From the NCBI GenBank assembly GCA_965248695.1, contig CBDFKD010000002.1, forward strand, positions 864,001-928,000: 64,000 nt of DNA, read 5' to 3'. The notes under the pieces are model-generated. The model was not told the origin of the DNA, ran no database searches, and was given only the letters and a program-made list of their open reading frames with translations. Shown one piece after another: positions 21,121-30,390 of the stretch. The DNA comes from Acidobacteriota bacterium. GTDB lineage: Bacteria > Acidobacteriota > UBA890 > WLXD01. How positions within the stretch are numbered: position 1 is the first letter of the stretch; each line of letters starts with the position of its first letter. The position numbers were made by a program, and so were the translations under genes.

Positions 21121-22203
21121 ATGTCTACGTGGTGGCTAGTGGCGAGCCTCCTGTTGATGGCGGGTGGAGTCTGCCTGGCGACCCTGACGGCCAGCATGTA
21201 CAGGTTGGCGCCGAACCGGCTCGGACGGGCGTTCCTGGCGCTGGGCCTCGCAAGCGCAGTTTGGAGCGTCGGCTACGCGTTCGAGCTGCTGAGCCCGGAT
21301 CTCGGCAGCAAGGTCTTCTTCGCGCAAGTCCAGTACCTAGGCATTCTGACCGCGTCGGTGGCGTGGTTCTGTGTCGCGGTTGCGTTTACCGGCCGGGCCC
21401 GCTGGCTGTCGTTCAGCCTGGTGAGCAAGCTGAGCATCCCGCCGATCATCGTGCTCATGCTGGTCTGGACGAACGATTGGCACGGCCTCGTGTGGGCGCA
21501 GCTGCGCATCGTCTCCGTCTACGCACACCCGATTCTCGAGATCCGACATGGACCGGCGTTCTGGGCCAACGTCGCCTATTCCTATGCGCTTCTGTTCGCC
21601 GCCAGCGCGCTGCTTGCCGGCGCGATGTTCTCTGCACAGCGACTGTTCACGCTGCAGCAAGGGTTGCTGCTGGCCGCAGCGCTATGGCCCTGGATCGGCA
21701 ACTCGCTGTATCTGATGCGCATCGAGGGTCTGCGCGGTATCGACCCGACACCGTTCGCCTTCGGCCTCAGTGCGGTCACCATCGCCTACGCGATGCAGCA
21801 CGGACGACTGCTCCGGATCGTCCCGGTATCGCGTCACAGGATCTTCGAGTCCATCGACGCGGCGGCGTTCGTGCTCGACGTGGACGGGACGGTCGTCGAC
21901 GTGAATCCGGCGGCGCAGCAGCTGCTCGGAGTGCGGCACGAAGCGGCCTTGGGCGAGCACATCGGTACCTGGTTGGGCGATATTCGAGAGGTGCTCGAGG
22001 AGCTGGCGTCGGTGCGCAGCGCCCGACCCATGACCCTGATCGACGCCGAGGGACGCACGCGGCACTTCGAGCTGGCGCTCTATCCGATCCGCAACTCCAA
22101 CAACGTCATCACGACGCGCCTGCTCATCCTGGATGACGTGACGCGACGCCTCGAGACGGCCGAGGCCTCGGAGCACCTCCGGCAGGAGTCGCCGCCCGTC
22201 TAG
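21121..22203 (+). CDS. HisKA_7TM membrane sensor plus PAS domain, no output domain
   Basis: WSVGYAFEL, LVWTNDWHGLVW and IDPTPFAF (7TM); IFESIDAAAFVLDVDGTVVDVNPAA (PAS); stops about 20 aa after DVT. Confidence 0.8.
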   Translation: MSTWWLVASLLLMAGGVCLATLTASMYRLAPNRLGRAFLALGLASAVWSVGYAFELLSPDLGSKVFFAQVQYLGILTASVAWFCVAVAFTGRARWLSFSLVSKLSIPPIIVLMLVWTNDWHGLVWAQLRIVSVYAHPILEIRHGPAFWANVAYSYALLFAASALLAGAMFSAQRLFTLQQGLLLAAALWPWIGNSLYLMRIEGLRGIDPTPFAFGLSAVTIAYAMQHGRLLRIVPVSRHRIFESIDAAAFVLDVDGTVVDVNPAAQQLLGVRHEAALGEHIGTWLGDIREVLEELASVRSARPMTLIDAEGRTRHFELALYPIRNSNNVITTRLLILDDVTRRLETAEASEHLRQESPPV

Positions 22204-22253
22204 CAGCAATCCGTTCGATACGCGTAGCGTAGCGATGGCCCGTAGCCGGGAAC

Positions 22254-22907
22254 CTAGTCGATCGCGAAGCAGTAGAAGAGGCCGTCGCCCCCGGTGCCCT
22301 GCAGGTTCTCCTGGCTGCAACCGCGCGACCCGTGGGCCGAGTTCCACGACGTCGGGTCGGCGCCGCCACCGATGCGATCGAAGTGCCCCACCAGCGCGCT
22401 GCCATCTCCGCCGCTCGTCCAGTTGCTGCACGTATGGTCCTCACCGTCGGTCAACAACGTACCGTCCGCCTGCACGCCGGTGAGGATGTCGTGACGGTTG
22501 GGGCTGTCGCCGCGTCCCTTAACCATGTCGCCGTTCTCGGTCAGAACGGTCTGCTTGGTCATGTTGTTGTCGTCGGCGGCGTGCAGATTGTCGACATCGG
22601 TGGCAACGACAACACCGCCGACGTTCCGCCAGGGGCCGGCACCGATGCGGTCACGAGCGTTGACCGCCGGCTGCCCATCGGCGGCGGTGGCACCGAGATA
22701 GGCGCGCCACGTCCGATCACCCGCCCCAACTGCCCGGGCCAGCATCTGACAGCGTGCGTCAGCGCCTGCCAGTCCTCCGAGATCGGCACCGCTACCGCTT
22801 CCGGAGCTGGTGATGAAGAAGCTCGTTCCGCTCACCTGGGCGCTCGGCGCCACCGGTGCCACAAGCGCCAGAAACCCAACCAACCCCAGCATCACGGTCT
22901 TTCGCAT
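22254..22907 (-). CDS. Secreted C-type-lectin/endostatin-fold hypothetical protein
   Basis: Signal peptide; GADLGGLAGADARCQMLA, ARDRIGAGPW, HDILTG, TCSNWTS, LFYCFA; GGAG RBS before ATG 22907. Confidence 0.75.
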   Translation of the reverse strand: MRKTVMLGLVGFLALVAPVAPSAQVSGTSFFITSSGSGSGADLGGLAGADARCQMLARAVGAGDRTWRAYLGATAADGQPAVNARDRIGAGPWRNVGGVVVATDVDNLHAADDNNMTKQTVLTENGDMVKGRGDSPNRHDILTGVQADGTLLTDGEDHTCSNWTSGGDGSALVGHFDRIGGGADPTSWNSAHGSRGCSQENLQGTGGDGLFYCFAID

Positions 22908-22947
22908 ATCGACGTCTCCTCGGGTAGAGCGCAACGGTGGCCGTATT

Positions 22948-23703
22948 CTACGACCTGTCGGCGTTGGATTTGATCGCTGCGAAGACATACGAGGACAGGC
23001 CGTCGGCGTGCTTGTCGAAGGACTCCGCGAACCGGTGGTCGGTGACGTACATCTCGGCGAGCGCGGCGTGCATCTGTAGGCTGCAGGCGTAGAACCAGCG
23101 GTCGATATGTTGCCGGTGCTGCTCCGCAGCCGCCATCGCCGCCTCAGAGTCCGGCGCATCGCCTGCCGCCTGCCGAGCCGCGAGCTCCTCGACGATCGCC
23201 TTGCTCTCGGCTTTGATCGCCTTCCAGTCGTCTGGCCCATAGCCTCGTGTGCGGCGCTGCGCCTCTTCCCACGACGGTGTGCCTCCCCATCGTTCCTCGG
23301 CTTCGGCCTCGAGTTGCTCCTGCTTGAAACCCTCGAACAGTTCCTCGGCGGTCATTGGAGCGTCTCCTTCTCGGGTGCTCAACATTCGATCGATGGTTGC
23401 TACCAGCGCCGCGGTTTCCGTCAGACGCCGGGCAAGGCGGGCTCGGTGCTGGCGCAGAGCGACGCGCGAGTCGAAGCCGGGAGCATCGAGCGCATACCGG
23501 ATGTCTTCGAGCGCCATACCGAGCTCGCGATGAAACCGGATCTGCTGGAGACGTTCGATATCGGCAGCGGTGTACAGCCGATACCCGGCACGATTGCGTC
23601 CCGATGGGGTCAGCAGGCCAATCTCGTCGTAGTGGTGGAGCGTTCGCACCGTCACCTTGCCGATCCGCGCTACCGCTCCCACCTTGTATGTGCGCTCAGA
23701 CAT
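22948..23703 (-). CDS. MerR family regulator with TipAS antibiotic-binding domain
   Basis: VTVRTLHHYDEIGLL...GYRLYT; EAEERWG; HRQHIDRWFYACS...LAEMYVTDHRF; GGAGG RBS before ATG 23703. Confidence 0.92.
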   Translation of the reverse strand: MSERTYKVGAVARIGKVTVRTLHHYDEIGLLTPSGRNRAGYRLYTAADIERLQQIRFHRELGMALEDIRYALDAPGFDSRVALRQHRARLARRLTETAALVATIDRMLSTREGDAPMTAEELFEGFKQEQLEAEAEERWGGTPSWEEAQRRTRGYGPDDWKAIKAESKAIVEELAARQAAGDAPDSEAAMAAAEQHRQHIDRWFYACSLQMHAALAEMYVTDHRFAESFDKHADGLSSYVFAAIKSNADRS

Positions 23704-23719
23704 CTCCGCCTCCAGAACC

Positions 23720-23750
23720 ATCCTCGCGCCTCACGCGGCGTGAGGGTCAA
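23720..23750 (-). promoter_or_regulatory. MerR-type promoter with 19-bp spacer and TipA-like dyad
   Basis: The minus strand reads TTGACC-N19-GAGGAT; palindrome CCTCACG-N3-CGTGAGG at 23729-23745. Confidence 0.85.
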
Positions 23751-23911
23751 GCCCCGTCGTGAGGATTATCGCCGTATCCGGTCGCGACGGCCTTGCCGGG
23801 ACTGCAACCTGGCACGATCAGGTCTCGCCGGGACGGCAGCCTCGAACGAGTAGACTGAGCCAATGCCTAACGCGCGCATCATCCTGACCACGGACCTGCA
23901 GCGCTGCACCG

Positions 23912-25378
23912 ATGGCTGAGGTTGTCGAGCGCTGGGATGTCGCCCCCGGTTTGAGTATCTCCCGCGTGCTCACCGGGCTGTGGCAGATCGCGGACATGGA
24001 GCGGGACGGTGGCGCTGTCGATCCCGATGAGGCCATTCGAGCGATGGAGCCGTACGTCGAGGCAGGCTTCACAACCTTCGACATGGCCGACCACTACGGC
24101 TCGGCGGAGGAGCTTGCCGGCGGGCTCGTGCAGCGCCGTGGCGACGGTTCGGTCGAGCTGCTGACCAAGTGGGTCCCCGAGCCCGGACCCAGTAGCCGGG
24201 ACGAGGTTCGCGCCGCGGTCGAGCGGGCGCTCGAGCGGCTTCGAAGCGACCACATCGACCTGCTCCAGTTCCACACATGGAACTATGCGGACCCTGAGTA
24301 CCTGGACACCCTGAGCTACCTGCAAGAGCTCAAGCAAGAGGGGTTGATTCGACACCTCGGGCTCACCAACGTCGACACAGCGCATCTGCGGATCATCATC
24401 CACAGCGGCATCGAGGTGGTCTCCAACCAGGTTTGCTTCTCTCTCCTGGATCAACGTGCCCGGGTCAACGGCATGACCGAGCTGTGCCGGCAACACGACA
24501 TCACGTTGCTGGCCTTCGGCACTCTGGCTGGCGGGTTCCTCACGGAGCGCTGGCTGGACCAGCCGGAGCCCGATTGGGAAAGCCTCGAGACCTGGTCGCA
24601 GATGAAGTACGGCCGCTTCATTCGCTCCGCCGGTGGGTGGCAGAGGCTGCAGGCGCTGCTCCACAGAGTGAACGCCGTCGCTGAGCGCCACCATGTGTCG
24701 CTGGCGAACGTGGCCTCGCGCTACATTCTCGACCAACCGGCCGTCGGCGGCGTGATCCTGGGCGCCCGCCTCGGAATCAGCGAGCACCGCGACGACAACA
24801 CGCGGCTGTTCTCGTTCCGCCTTGATGAGGCCGACCGATCCGAGATCGACGCGGCCGTCGACTGTTTGGACCCGATCCCCGGCGACTGCGGCGACGAATA
24901 CAGGCGACCGCCCTACTTGACCGCCTCGGGAGACCTCAGCCACCACATCGACAGCCTCCCGGCCCCCTATGCAGCGCAACGCGGCGACGACGGCCGCGCC
25001 CGGCTCTCGACCGGGACGGTCTGGGAGGAGCTGGCCGGCTTCAGCCGGGCTGTACGGCATGGCGATCGGATCGTGGTGTCAGGCACCACGGCCACACACG
25101 GCCGGCAACTGATCGGCGGAGACGACGCGGAGGCTCAGATGCACTTTGTGATCGACAAGATCGAAGGTGCGCTGCAGTCGCTGGACGCTCGGCTTGCCGA
25201 TGTGATCCGAACCCGCGTGTACATCAACGACAGCGGCGATTGGGAGGCCGTCTCGCGCGCTCATGGCTGCCGGTTTCGCGATATCCGGCCGGCGAATACC
25301 CTGGTGCAGGCTGGCATCATCGGGGCCGGCTACCTGGTCGAGATGGAGGTAGAGGCATGGGTAACACCTCGGCACTGA
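23912..25378 (+). CDS. Aldo/keto reductase fused to a C-terminal RidA (YjgF) domain
   Basis: AKR motifs TFDMADHYG, LLTKW, IDLLQFH, LGLTN; Rid motifs GFSRAVRHG, VSGTTA, VIRTRVY, RPANTLV, LVEMEVEA. Confidence 0.88.
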   Translation: MAEVVERWDVAPGLSISRVLTGLWQIADMERDGGAVDPDEAIRAMEPYVEAGFTTFDMADHYGSAEELAGGLVQRRGDGSVELLTKWVPEPGPSSRDEVRAAVERALERLRSDHIDLLQFHTWNYADPEYLDTLSYLQELKQEGLIRHLGLTNVDTAHLRIIIHSGIEVVSNQVCFSLLDQRARVNGMTELCRQHDITLLAFGTLAGGFLTERWLDQPEPDWESLETWSQMKYGRFIRSAGGWQRLQALLHRVNAVAERHHVSLANVASRYILDQPAVGGVILGARLGISEHRDDNTRLFSFRLDEADRSEIDAAVDCLDPIPGDCGDEYRRPPYLTASGDLSHHIDSLPAPYAAQRGDDGRARLSTGTVWEELAGFSRAVRHGDRIVVSGTTATHGRQLIGGDDAEAQMHFVIDKIEGALQSLDARLADVIRTRVYINDSGDWEAVSRAHGCRFRDIRPANTLVQAGIIGAGYLVEMEVEAWVTPRH

Positions 25379-25722
25379 GCATGGCGCTGGTCGTCATCGG
25401 GGTGATCTTTATCGTCGGGCTGTATCCGCTGACCGTGTTGTGGCCGGCAGGATTCATGTGGGAACCGCGACAGGCCGAGTACGAGCACATGATCCTCATC
25501 ACGTTCGCCGTGCTGGGGGTCTTCTTGCTGAAGGCATCGCGCAACCCATCCGAGCACGTCAGCCTGATCGCCTTCGCCGCCTGGTCGAGCCTGGCACACG
25601 GTTTGCTGATGGCTTACCAAGCGCTGAACGATCCGGCGGAATCGGCCAACCTGATGGGCGACGTTCCGGCGCTGGTTCTCATCGGCATCGTGCTCCTGGT
25701 ACTGATGCGACGCAACGAGTAA
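25357..25722 (+). CDS. Small membrane protein (DUF6632-like)
   Basis: Four TM helices; WPAGFMW...YEHMI...LGVFLL...SSLAHG...GDVPAL. Confidence 0.7.
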   Translation: MGNTSALSMALVVIGVIFIVGLYPLTVLWPAGFMWEPRQAEYEHMILITFAVLGVFLLKASRNPSEHVSLIAFAAWSSLAHGLLMAYQALNDPAESANLMGDVPALVLIGIVLLVLMRRNE

Positions 25723-25725
25723 CGG

Positions 25726-26976
25726 GTGCCCAGACCTCGTTCCAGCCTCGTTCGCCGCGTCGCAACGTGGCTGATCCTGGTCGCCGCGTCGGCGATCTAC
25801 GGCAGCGCGCACGGCCAACAACGACCCGCATGGATGGACATCGTCCCTAGCGTTGAAGGCACCGGCTTCGTCGAGCGTCTTCCCATCGAGGTGCTGCAAA
25901 CAAAGCTCATCCTCGAGCTCGAGCTCGGCGGTCAACCACGGGCGGTGGTCTTCGATACCGGTTCCCCCAGCGTGCTCAGCAAGTCGCTGGCAACCGAGCT
26001 TGGCCTGGAGATCATCGATACCATCCAATCCATCGACGCCAACGGAACACAGGTCGATACCGAGGTGGCGGTGCTTGAAGAGCTCCGGCTCGGTGAGCTC
26101 AGCGTACGCAACATACCGGTGTTCGTGGCCGACCTGTCGAGAGCACCGATCGCCAGCTGTCTCTTCGATGCCGCGCTGGGATCCGAGATCCTGCAGATCT
26201 GCAACTGGCAGATCGATGTTGCCGGACGCACGTTGACCTGCGCGGATCGCCTCGAGGATCTGCAGTTCATCGACGGAAGCAGCTCGGCACCGCTGCGCCT
26301 GTTCGATTACCCGCACACGCCGCACCTCGATACCGAGTTCGTGAACGGCATGACGAGCACGGCGATGTTCGATACGGGCACGCCCGAGTACGTCGTCCTC
26401 GCGAGCCCCGAGCTCGACGACCTCGAGCGCACCGGCGCCGTCGAGCGTGGCGCCATGGTGCGCGGTTTCGGTTCGGGAGAGTCGCTCGGTGGCATGGGGC
26501 AGGATCAAGAGGCGTTTCTGCTGCGGCTGAGCCGGCTGTGGATCGGCGAGCTCGAGCTGATCGACGTGGTGGCGCGGACTCGACCGGAGGTTCCGACGCT
26601 GCTGGGAGCCGGCCTGCTGGAGCACTACGTGGTGACGTTGGCATACCCGCGAAAGCGGGCCTACTTCTACAAGCGCTCGGAGGCGCCCCTGCGGCGCACC
26701 AGCTTCGGGTTCGGTCCCGACTTCGAAAGCACGCCGGTTACCACCAGCTTCGTGTGGGATGGGTCTCCCGCCCATCGAGCGGGAATCCGTCCCGGCGATC
26801 GGCTCACCCAGATCGGCAATTCCGACCTGACCGCGATCACCGAGCAGAATCGCTGCCCGGTGGTGCGCGACGTGCTCGAATCGCTGGACGGCGACGGCGC
26901 CCTACGAGTTGGCTTCGAACACGAGGGTGCCGTAAGAACGGTCGAGCTCACCCGCGAGCCGGCACTGCGACGCTGA
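25726..26976 (+). CDS. Exported double retropepsin-like aspartyl protease with PDZ domain
   Basis: Two FDTG motifs (FDTGS, FDTGT); ALGSEIL and LLGAGLL; GSPAHRAGIRPGD. Confidence 0.85.
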   Translation: MPRPRSSLVRRVATWLILVAASAIYGSAHGQQRPAWMDIVPSVEGTGFVERLPIEVLQTKLILELELGGQPRAVVFDTGSPSVLSKSLATELGLEIIDTIQSIDANGTQVDTEVAVLEELRLGELSVRNIPVFVADLSRAPIASCLFDAALGSEILQICNWQIDVAGRTLTCADRLEDLQFIDGSSSAPLRLFDYPHTPHLDTEFVNGMTSTAMFDTGTPEYVVLASPELDDLERTGAVERGAMVRGFGSGESLGGMGQDQEAFLLRLSRLWIGELELIDVVARTRPEVPTLLGAGLLEHYVVTLAYPRKRAYFYKRSEAPLRRTSFGFGPDFESTPVTTSFVWDGSPAHRAGIRPGDRLTQIGNSDLTAITEQNRCPVVRDVLESLDGDGALRVGFEHEGAVRTVELTREPALRR

Positions 26977-27052
26977 ACCGGACGCGGCACCGGCGGTGGC
27001 ACTCTGAAAGTCGACGAGCCTCGGCACCGTCCCGGCAAGGTACTCTGAACCG

Positions 27053-27469
27053 ATGCCATACAGGCGACTCGCCACATTCAGCACACTGGCCGTCGTGGGC
27101 AACTTGCTCATCGGTGCAGCCCACATGCTCGCGCATCTGCAACTCGGCGTGGTCCTCCTCCCGTGGCAGGACATTTTCGTCAGCGTGGTGATCGTTACAA
27201 GCCCGATCGCGGCGGTGGTTCTGGTGCGCACCCCGTTGCGCGGCATCGGCGCCAACCTGCTGACCGGGTCGATGGGGGCGGCGCTCGTTTTCAGCACCTA
27301 CTACCACTACATCCTTATCTCTCCTGACCACGTGGCCCATCTGCCGGAGGGCGAGCTGCGATGGCTGTTTCGATTGACCGCCGCGCTGCTGCTGGTGGGT
27401 CAGGGGCTCGGGACGGGGATTGGCATACTCATGATCCGGGCGATCCGGGAGGGCAGATGGCGGACGTAA
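27053..27469 (+). CDS. Hypothetical membrane protein
   Basis: Four hydrophobic helices; His-rich YYHYILISPDHVAH. Confidence 0.65.
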   Translation: MPYRRLATFSTLAVVGNLLIGAAHMLAHLQLGVVLLPWQDIFVSVVIVTSPIAAVVLVRTPLRGIGANLLTGSMGAALVFSTYYHYILISPDHVAHLPEGELRWLFRLTAALLLVGQGLGTGIGILMIRAIREGRWRT

Positions 27470-27792
27470 CGCTGCGAGCAATCGATGAGCTGGACGGCTA
27501 CGAGGGCATGTTCCTGTACGCCGGCAAGGCCCTCGGTGTGACTGCCTGGGAAATGAACGTCCTCAAGCTGCCGGCCGGTTGAGACGGCTACCCGGAACAC
27601 GACCACGCCGAGGACGGCCGCGAGGAGGCGTACGTCGTGCTGGAGGGCAACGCCACGCTCGAGGCCGACGGTGAGCGCTGGCTTCTGGAGCCCGGCAACA
27701 TGGCGCGCGTCGGCCCGCATCAGAAGCGCAAGATTGTCCCGGGCGATGCAGGGGTGGTCCTGCTGGCAATCGGGGGAGCTCCCGAAGCCTGA
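27457..27792 (+). pseudogene. Cupin protein with in-frame TGA at 27580-27582
   Basis: MADVTLRAIDEL...KLPAG*DGYPEHDHAEDGREEAYVVLEG...RVGPHQKRKI...LLAIGG; the frame continues through the stop. Confidence 0.85.
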
Positions 27793-27907
27793 CTCGCCGA
27801 GCTTTCGCCCGCCACTCGACCATCTACAAGGCGCGGCGGGCCTGTCGACACTTGCCAACATGGGCAGGTTGCCATTTACTTGTGGCGCCATAGATCGTGA
27901 CCCACGC

Positions 27908-27923
27908 CTGGCACGGATCATGC
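27908..27923 (+). promoter_or_regulatory. Sigma54 (-24/-12) promoter
   Basis: CTGGCACGGATCATGC: GG-N10-GC with TGGCACG core, 30 nt before the ATG of the DUF4331 gene. Confidence 0.7.
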
Positions 27924-27953
27924 CCGGTGCCCACCCGCCACAAGGAAGGACAT

Positions 27954-28970
27954 ATGCGCAAGCTCACCGTGCTCGCTGTAGTCGTAGTGCTCAGCAGCGC
28001 CGCCGCTTTGCTCGGCACGGGGGTCGACGTCGCTACCTCGCGCGCTGCCGATCACCTCGATTCTCCGAGTGTGCAGGCTGACGGCCGTACCGACATTAAC
28101 GATTTCTACATCTTCCCAGCGCAGAAGGGCAAGAAAGAGACGGCGCTGATCATGACCGTCGCGCCACTTGTCGGTCTGGCGAGCCCAGCGGAGTTCAACG
28201 ACGCTGCCACGTACATGTTCAACATCGACAACACGGGCGATGCGAAGGTTGACGATCAATGGATGGTCACTTTCAAAGGCAACAGAATGACCGTGCGCCT
28301 GAACGGCAAGAAGATGGGCTCCGGCCCCTTCGGGCGCCAAGGCAACCAGCGCGCCGCGCCAATCTCGCTCAGAGGCGGCGGCAGGGCGTGGGCGGGCATG
28401 ACCGACGACCCGTTCTTCTTCGACCTCGGGGCGGCCCAGAACGGCCTCGCCTTCTGTCCCGGCGGCGTCGGCTTCGACTTCTTCACCAACGCCAACGTGA
28501 TGTCGATCGTGCTGGATGTTCCGAACGGCAGCATCGAAGTAGACAACCCCCGCGCTGCGGCAATCAATACCTGGGCGTCGGTATGGATCGGCAACAAGCA
28601 GGTCGATCGCCTCGGTACACCGTTCCTCAACACGTTCCTGGGCTCACCCAAACAGAACGCGTACAACAAGAACAAGCAGCCACACAAAGACCCCAAGAAG
28701 TTCGGCGCAACCTTTACCACTAACATGCTGGGACTCGGCGCCGATGCCGCTACCGTGGCCGCGCTCGTCGGAGCTCTGTTGCCAGACGTGTTGACCTACA
28801 GTCCGCAGGCGCTCGGCACCCGCGTGTTCCCCAACGGTCGAGGTCTGGAGGACGACGTGGCGGATATCAGCCTCCAAACCCTGACTAGCAATCCCGCAGC
28901 CACCGATTGCGTCGACGCCAACGACGGCAACTTCTCCGGCAAGTTCCCGTACCTGGCCGACGCGCACTAG
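27954..28970 (+). CDS. DUF4331-family secreted protein
   Basis: AADHLDSP...TDINDFYIF, AWAGMTDDPFFFD, NVMSIVLDVP, QVDRLGTP, PNGRGLEDDVAD, FPYLADAH. Confidence 0.88.
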   Translation: MRKLTVLAVVVVLSSAAALLGTGVDVATSRAADHLDSPSVQADGRTDINDFYIFPAQKGKKETALIMTVAPLVGLASPAEFNDAATYMFNIDNTGDAKVDDQWMVTFKGNRMTVRLNGKKMGSGPFGRQGNQRAAPISLRGGGRAWAGMTDDPFFFDLGAAQNGLAFCPGGVGFDFFTNANVMSIVLDVPNGSIEVDNPRAAAINTWASVWIGNKQVDRLGTPFLNTFLGSPKQNAYNKNKQPHKDPKKFGATFTTNMLGLGADAATVAALVGALLPDVLTYSPQALGTRVFPNGRGLEDDVADISLQTLTSNPAATDCVDANDGNFSGKFPYLADAH

Positions 28971-29048
28971 GGCTCTCGAGCCGAGCTCCTGCCATGGCGG
29001 CGCCGAGCGAATGACCGCGCAACGCGACGAACTGGCGGACATCAAACG

Positions 29049-30383
29049 ATGAAGCGTCTTTGGGCCGCGGCGCTGGCACTGGCCAGCGTCGCGGTCGCTG
29101 TCGTTGTGGTGGGTACGGTTGATACAGGCGGCGACAGCCGCGCCATCGCAACGACTTGGAGCCTCGACCTCATCGACGCCGCGGCCGTAAAGGCGATGCC
29201 CGCCGCCGGCGACCGCCTCGAGCTGTATCAACAGCGCAGCATCGGGCGACCACCGACGGCCACCGACCAGAGACTGCTCGGCAGCTTGCTCCTGCAACAG
29301 GCCATCGAGTCTGGCGACGACGGACTGTTCGAAGCGGTTGAGGAGGAGTATCGCGTCGCGTTGGCCATGGCGCCCGACGACGTAGCCAACCAGCTCGGAT
29401 TGGCGAGCGCGCTGGCCGCCCAGCATCGGTTCGGGGACGCTGCAGATCTAATCGAGGCCGTGCTCGAGCTGCAGCCCGACAACATCGACGCGCTGGCGGC
29501 CATGGGCGACGCGTACCTTTCTCTCGGTCGATACGACGAAGCTGCCGCTGCACATCAAGAGCTGGCACGCCTCGTGTCGGCGCCGGCGGCGACGGCACGC
29601 CTGGCGCACCTGGAAGAGCTGCACGGGAATCCGCAGCGCGCGCTGGAGTTGCTGGAGTCGGCAGCGCTGGAGATGCATCTGTCCGACGCGCTCGCCGACG
29701 ACCTCGCCTGGTACCTGACTCGGCTGGCGGAGCTCTACTTCCAGACAGGTAACCTGGAGGCGTCGGCGCGTCACGCGGAGGTTGCGCTCGAGGTGGCGCC
29801 TCGTACCCTCTTTGCTCTCGGCCAACTAGCGCGCGCGCGGGCGTCACAAGGGCGACTCGACGAGGCGATCTCGGCTTCCGAGCGGCTAGTGGCGCAGCAA
29901 CCGCATCCGGAGCTACTCGGCCAACTCGGCGATCTGTACGCGCTGGCGGGCAAGCAGGGGGAGGCTGCAGATCTCTACGACCAAGTGATCGGCATCGCGC
30001 CAACCGCCGGCTCGGTGGAAGATCGGCCACTGGGCAGATTTCTCGCCGATCACGACATCGAGCCAGAACAGGCTCTGCGGCGGGCCGAGCGCGACGTCGT
30101 GCTGCGCCCGGACATCGAAGCCCACGATCTGCACGCCTGGGCGCTGTATCGTAACGGCCGTTTCGAAGAAGCCGCCGAAGCCATCGACCGCGCCCTGCGG
30201 CTCGGGACGCGTCGCGCCGACTTCTACTACCACGCCGGCCTGATCTACGGAGCGCTGGGTGACATTGACCGGTCGATCTCATTGCTGCAGGACGCGCTGG
30301 CGATCAATCGGCAGTTCGATCCGCTGCACGCGCCGATCGCTCGCGAAGCGCTGGAGTCCCGGCAGGCGGCAGGGGCTCGCTAG
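29049..30383 (+). CDS. Exported TPR protein (DUF4331-associated type)
   Basis: N-terminal anchor; multiple TPRs; LAAQHRF, HDLHAWALYRNG, FYYHAGLIY. Confidence 0.88.
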   Translation: MKRLWAAALALASVAVAVVVVGTVDTGGDSRAIATTWSLDLIDAAAVKAMPAAGDRLELYQQRSIGRPPTATDQRLLGSLLLQQAIESGDDGLFEAVEEEYRVALAMAPDDVANQLGLASALAAQHRFGDAADLIEAVLELQPDNIDALAAMGDAYLSLGRYDEAAAAHQELARLVSAPAATARLAHLEELHGNPQRALELLESAALEMHLSDALADDLAWYLTRLAELYFQTGNLEASARHAEVALEVAPRTLFALGQLARARASQGRLDEAISASERLVAQQPHPELLGQLGDLYALAGKQGEAADLYDQVIGIAPTAGSVEDRPLGRFLADHDIEPEQALRRAERDVVLRPDIEAHDLHAWALYRNGRFEEAAEAIDRALRLGTRRADFYYHAGLIYGALGDIDRSISLLQDALAINRQFDPLHAPIAREALESRQAAGAR

Positions 30384-30390
30384 CCTGGCG

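Noticed and set aside
23809-23826. CTGGCACGATCAGGTCT as a sigma54 promoter for the AKR-RidA gene
   Set aside because: It has the -24 element but lacks GC at -12.
27580-27582. Selenocysteine or genome-wide TGA reassignment
   Set aside because: The context suggests a Trp position, no convincing SECIS was seen, and many genes here (modA, modB, msrA) end normally at TGA.
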